A stretch of DNA of 64,000 bases from Coleofasciculus sp. B1-GNL1-01 (GTDB lineage: Bacteria > Cyanobacteriota > Cyanobacteriia > Cyanobacteriales > Coleofasciculaceae): NCBI GenBank assembly GCA_040220235.1, contig JAVJTO010000102.1; one strand, 5' to 3'. The notes below the pieces were generated by a model. The model had not been told where the DNA came from. It saw nothing but the letters and a program-made list of their open reading frames with translations, and ran no database searches. Positions 61,349 through 64,000 of the stretch are shown here, piece by piece (positions within the stretch are counted from its first letter, which is position 1; the number at the start of each line of letters is the position of its first letter). The position numbers and the translations under genes are program-made.

Positions 61349-63157
61349 CTACTTGACCCCAGACGCTTTCTTCGGCTTATAGGTAGAAACAACGTGCAAT
61401 TCTTTCAACTGCTTTTCTCCCACCTGGGCGGGTGCTTCCGTTAACAAACAACTGGCTTGCTGCGTCTTGGGAAAGGCAATCACATCCCGAATTGATTCTT
61501 CCCCAGCTAACAACATAACCAACCGATCTAAGCCATAGGCAATTCCACCATGAGGGGGTGCGCCATAATCAAAGGCTTCCAGTAAGAAACCAAACTTATT
61601 TTGAGCCTCTTCTGGCGATAATCCAATTGCCTCAAATACCCGTTTCTGAATATCCGGCTGGTAAATCCGCAAACTGCCACCGCCGACTTCATAGCCGTTA
61701 TACACTAAATCATACGCTTGCGCCCTTGCTGTTTTCAGATCATCGATATCATCGGGGTGCGGCGCGGTAAAGGGGTGATGAATTGCCTCTAAGCGCTTCT
61801 CATCCGCATTCCATTCAAACATGGGATAGTCTGTCACCCAGAGTAAATTAATTTTCGTTGGGTTAATCAGTCCCAACTCCTGACCCAATACCTGGCGCAG
61901 GCGATCTAAGGTTTTATTCACTACATCCGTATCCCCGGCACCAAACAGGAGTAAATAACCGGGTTTAGCCCCTGTCATTTCCAGCAGTTTCTGTTTCTGT
62001 TCCTCAGTGAGATTATCTTTAATCGCCCCAATCGTATCAATTTCCCAGTTATCTCGCACCCGAATATAAGCTAAACCTTTAGCACCTGCGGCGGCGGCTT
62101 CGTTAAATAAGTCTCCACTCTTACCCGGTTTAATTCGCACGTTGGAAATTTTGTCGTTACCGCCAGGAATGGGCAAAACTTTTACCTTACCCCCAGCCGC
62201 CACTGCACCGGAAAAGACTTTAAATCCTGAATCTTTCAGCAATTCCGAAACATCCACCAATTCCAAGCCAAAGCGGGTATCCGGTTTATCCGTACCGTAG
62301 CGTTCCATGACTTCGGCGTAGGTAAAACGGGGAAAAGGGCGGGGAATGTCTATCCCTTTTACGGTTTTAAAGATATGACAGACCAAGCCTTCATTAAGCT
62401 GAAGAATCTCATCCTGGGACATGAAACTCATTTCCATGTCCAACTGGGTAAACTCCGGCTGACGATCTGCCCGATTATCTTCATCCCGGAAGCAACGGGC
62501 AATCTGATAGTAACGGTCTAATCCAGCAACCATCAATAATTGCTTGAATAATTGCGGGGATTGTGGTAAAGCATACCATTGTCCGGGATTCACGCGAGAC
62601 GGCACCAAATAATCTCTCGCCCCTTCCGGTGTGGAACGGGTTAACATTGGGGTTTCCACCTCAATGAAATGTTGCTCATCTTCTAAATACCGACGAATCG
62701 CCTTAATCACCTGATGGCGCAATTCTATATTTTGGCGCATGCGATCGCGGCGAATATCCAGATACCGATATTTGAGCCGTAAGTCTTCCCGCACGGCTTC
62801 GGCGTCAGCAGTAGACACCTGAAACGGTAACTGCTTCCGCACCGTATTTAACGGGTTAATCTGATCTGCATACACTTCCACTTCACCCGTGGATAAGTTC
62901 GGGTTGAGCGACTCATCGGGACGCCGACTCACACGCCCGGTAATTTGTACCACATATTCATTCCGCACGGCTTCTGCATTCTGATAAGAATCCGGCGTGC
63001 GCTGAGGATCACTAACAATCTGCACAATACCCGTGCGATCGCGCAAATCTAAAAATATCACCCCCCCGTGGTCACGTCGCCGATCTACCCAACCACAGAG
63101 GGTAACGGTTTCACCAACATGGTTACTTCGCAATTCGCCGCAATAATGAGTCCGCAT
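61349..63157 (-). CDS. aspS: Aspartate-tRNA ligase (probably non-discriminating)
   Basis: MRTHYCG, RRDHGG (His typical of the non-discriminating type), [23 protein letters not shown]. Confidence 0.97.
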   Translation of the reverse strand: MRTHYCGELRSNHVGETVTLCGWVDRRRDHGGVIFLDLRDRTGIVQIVSDPQRTPDSYQNAEAVRNEYVVQITGRVSRRPDESLNPNLSTGEVEVYADQINPLNTVRKQLPFQVSTADAEAVREDLRLKYRYLDIRRDRMRQNIELRHQVIKAIRRYLEDEQHFIEVETPMLTRSTPEGARDYLVPSRVNPGQWYALPQSPQLFKQLLMVAGLDRYYQIARCFRDEDNRADRQPEFTQLDMEMSFMSQDEILQLNEGLVCHIFKTVKGIDIPRPFPRFTYAEVMERYGTDKPDTRFGLELVDVSELLKDSGFKVFSGAVAAGGKVKVLPIPGGNDKISNVRIKPGKSGDLFNEAAAAGAKGLAYIRVRDNWEIDTIGAIKDNLTEEQKQKLLEMTGAKPGYLLLFGAGDTDVVNKTLDRLRQVLGQELGLINPTKINLLWVTDYPMFEWNADEKRLEAIHHPFTAPHPDDIDDLKTARAQAYDLVYNGYEVGGGSLRIYQPDIQKRVFEAIGLSPEEAQNKFGFLLEAFDYGAPPHGGIAYGLDRLVMLLAGEESIRDVIAFPKTQQASCLLTEAPAQVGEKQLKELHVVSTYKPKKASGVK

Positions 63158-63350
63158 AACCGATGAAAAAATAAGTGATTTGACAGGGAGGAACGTCTAA
63201 GGTAACAGAATGTGAACGCTTTGCCCATTATCCTGCATTCGGTGGTCATTGTCTTTGTCTTCCCACCAACTTCATCGTCTCTGGCTAGAGGAAGATGTTG
63301 ATCTAACCACAGATTCTAAGCAAACTCTACCGATCGGAGGGCGATCCCTG

Positions 63351-63368
63351 TTTGTAAAGTTTGGTAAA
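63351..63368 (-). promoter_or_regulatory. HLR1-like (RpaB) site upstream of the HCP gene
   Basis: Minus strand TTTACCAA-AC-TTTACAAA, one mismatch from consensus, ~45 nt before the ATG. Confidence 0.5.
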
Positions 63369-63412
63369 CATAAGAGTAGAGATATTTTGTTGTATTAGAG
63401 GAAAGAAACTAT

Positions 63413-63943
63413 ATGGCTTCTACTCAACCAACTGGTGTAAACCCAGCCCGCTCTGAGGAGACGAAAAACATAACCCAATCATTTGAGGGATTGGGTACAG
63501 ATGACAAACTAGCGTTACTTTACTACATCTACAAAAAAATGGGTGATTCGATCACACCAGCAGCACCCACAGCGGCTGATGCGGAAATCTCCCCCCAACT
63601 ACTGCGAGACTTCTACAACCTTTCAGATGATCAGCAGCTAGCCGCAATGCGAGACATCGTAAATTGTGAGGATACACAAGTATCACGGGCGTATGGGGCA
63701 TTGAGTGAAAATAACCAATTGTTAGTCTGGTATGCTTGGGCGCAAGGAATGGGTGATACGGTTGTCGATATGCCCTTAAACTACAAAGCCCAGTCAGAGG
63801 TGAATTCGATTCTATCCCAAATCGAAACGCTAGATTTCGAGGGGCAAATCTCCCTACTCCGCCAAGTTGCTGGTGATATGGGTTACAGTCCCGTTGACCC
63901 CGTTCCCAGCCAGGAAGAAACCGGAAAAACCCCCAGTTTATAG
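63413..63943 (+). CDS. Helical carotenoid protein (stand-alone OCP N-terminal domain homolog)
   Basis: LGTDDKLALLYYIYKKMGDSITPAAP, SRAYGALSENNQLLVWY, LDFEGQISLLR; no C-terminal NTF2 domain. Confidence 0.88.
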   Translation: MASTQPTGVNPARSEETKNITQSFEGLGTDDKLALLYYIYKKMGDSITPAAPTAADAEISPQLLRDFYNLSDDQQLAAMRDIVNCEDTQVSRAYGALSENNQLLVWYAWAQGMGDTVVDMPLNYKAQSEVNSILSQIETLDFEGQISLLRQVAGDMGYSPVDPVPSQEETGKTPSL

Positions 63944-64000
63944 GTTTTCCAGGGAGCGGGGAAATTTTGAGTTTTGAGGGAAGTAGGGGCGGGTTTAGGG

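Overview
Window from a cyanobacterial chromosome. The evidence is psaA-psaB, frequent HIP1 octamers (GCGATCGC), STRR-type heptamer tandem repeats, many GTAG-headed REP-like hairpins and small TA-flanked MITEs. A large-genome filamentous strain is likely, but that is inference. Left to right it contains: (1) an amidohydrolase plus multi-output signalling cluster (Ser/Thr kinase-AAA-GAF-His kinase, three sibling receiver domains, PP2C phosphatase, hybrid kinase-adenylate cyclase); (2) DUF1517 and ABA4-like genes; (3) a coupled P-loop ATPase + STAND-WD40 pair; (4) S9 peptidase, DnaJ-TPR, PEP-CTERM and NACHT-pentapeptide genes; (5) a five-gene P1B-ATPase/HMA2/DUF5132 cluster (30.6-35.9 kb) whose architecture resembles ferrosome (fez) clusters but whose pump lacks Cys/His in the membrane metal-site motifs; (6) an RTX-repeat protein; (7) a ~5 kb defence/toxin-antitoxin mosaic (38.4-43.7 kb) built from repeated, partly deleted copies of a divergent [156-aa orphan / XRE regulator] module; (8) psaAB; (9) a Pro/Glu/Thr-rich lipoprotein, a thioredoxin-NHL protein, a transporter and a PIN TA pair; (10) a caspase-STAND-WD40 NLR-like gene divergent from a Trypco1-like gene; (11) aspS and a helical carotenoid protein. 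Best candidates for novel biology are the ferrosome-like cluster, the XRE/orphan TA accordion and the caspase-NLR + Trypco1 pair. All family calls come from motif reading; no database search was run. No rRNA, tRNA, CRISPR array or intact transposase was seen.
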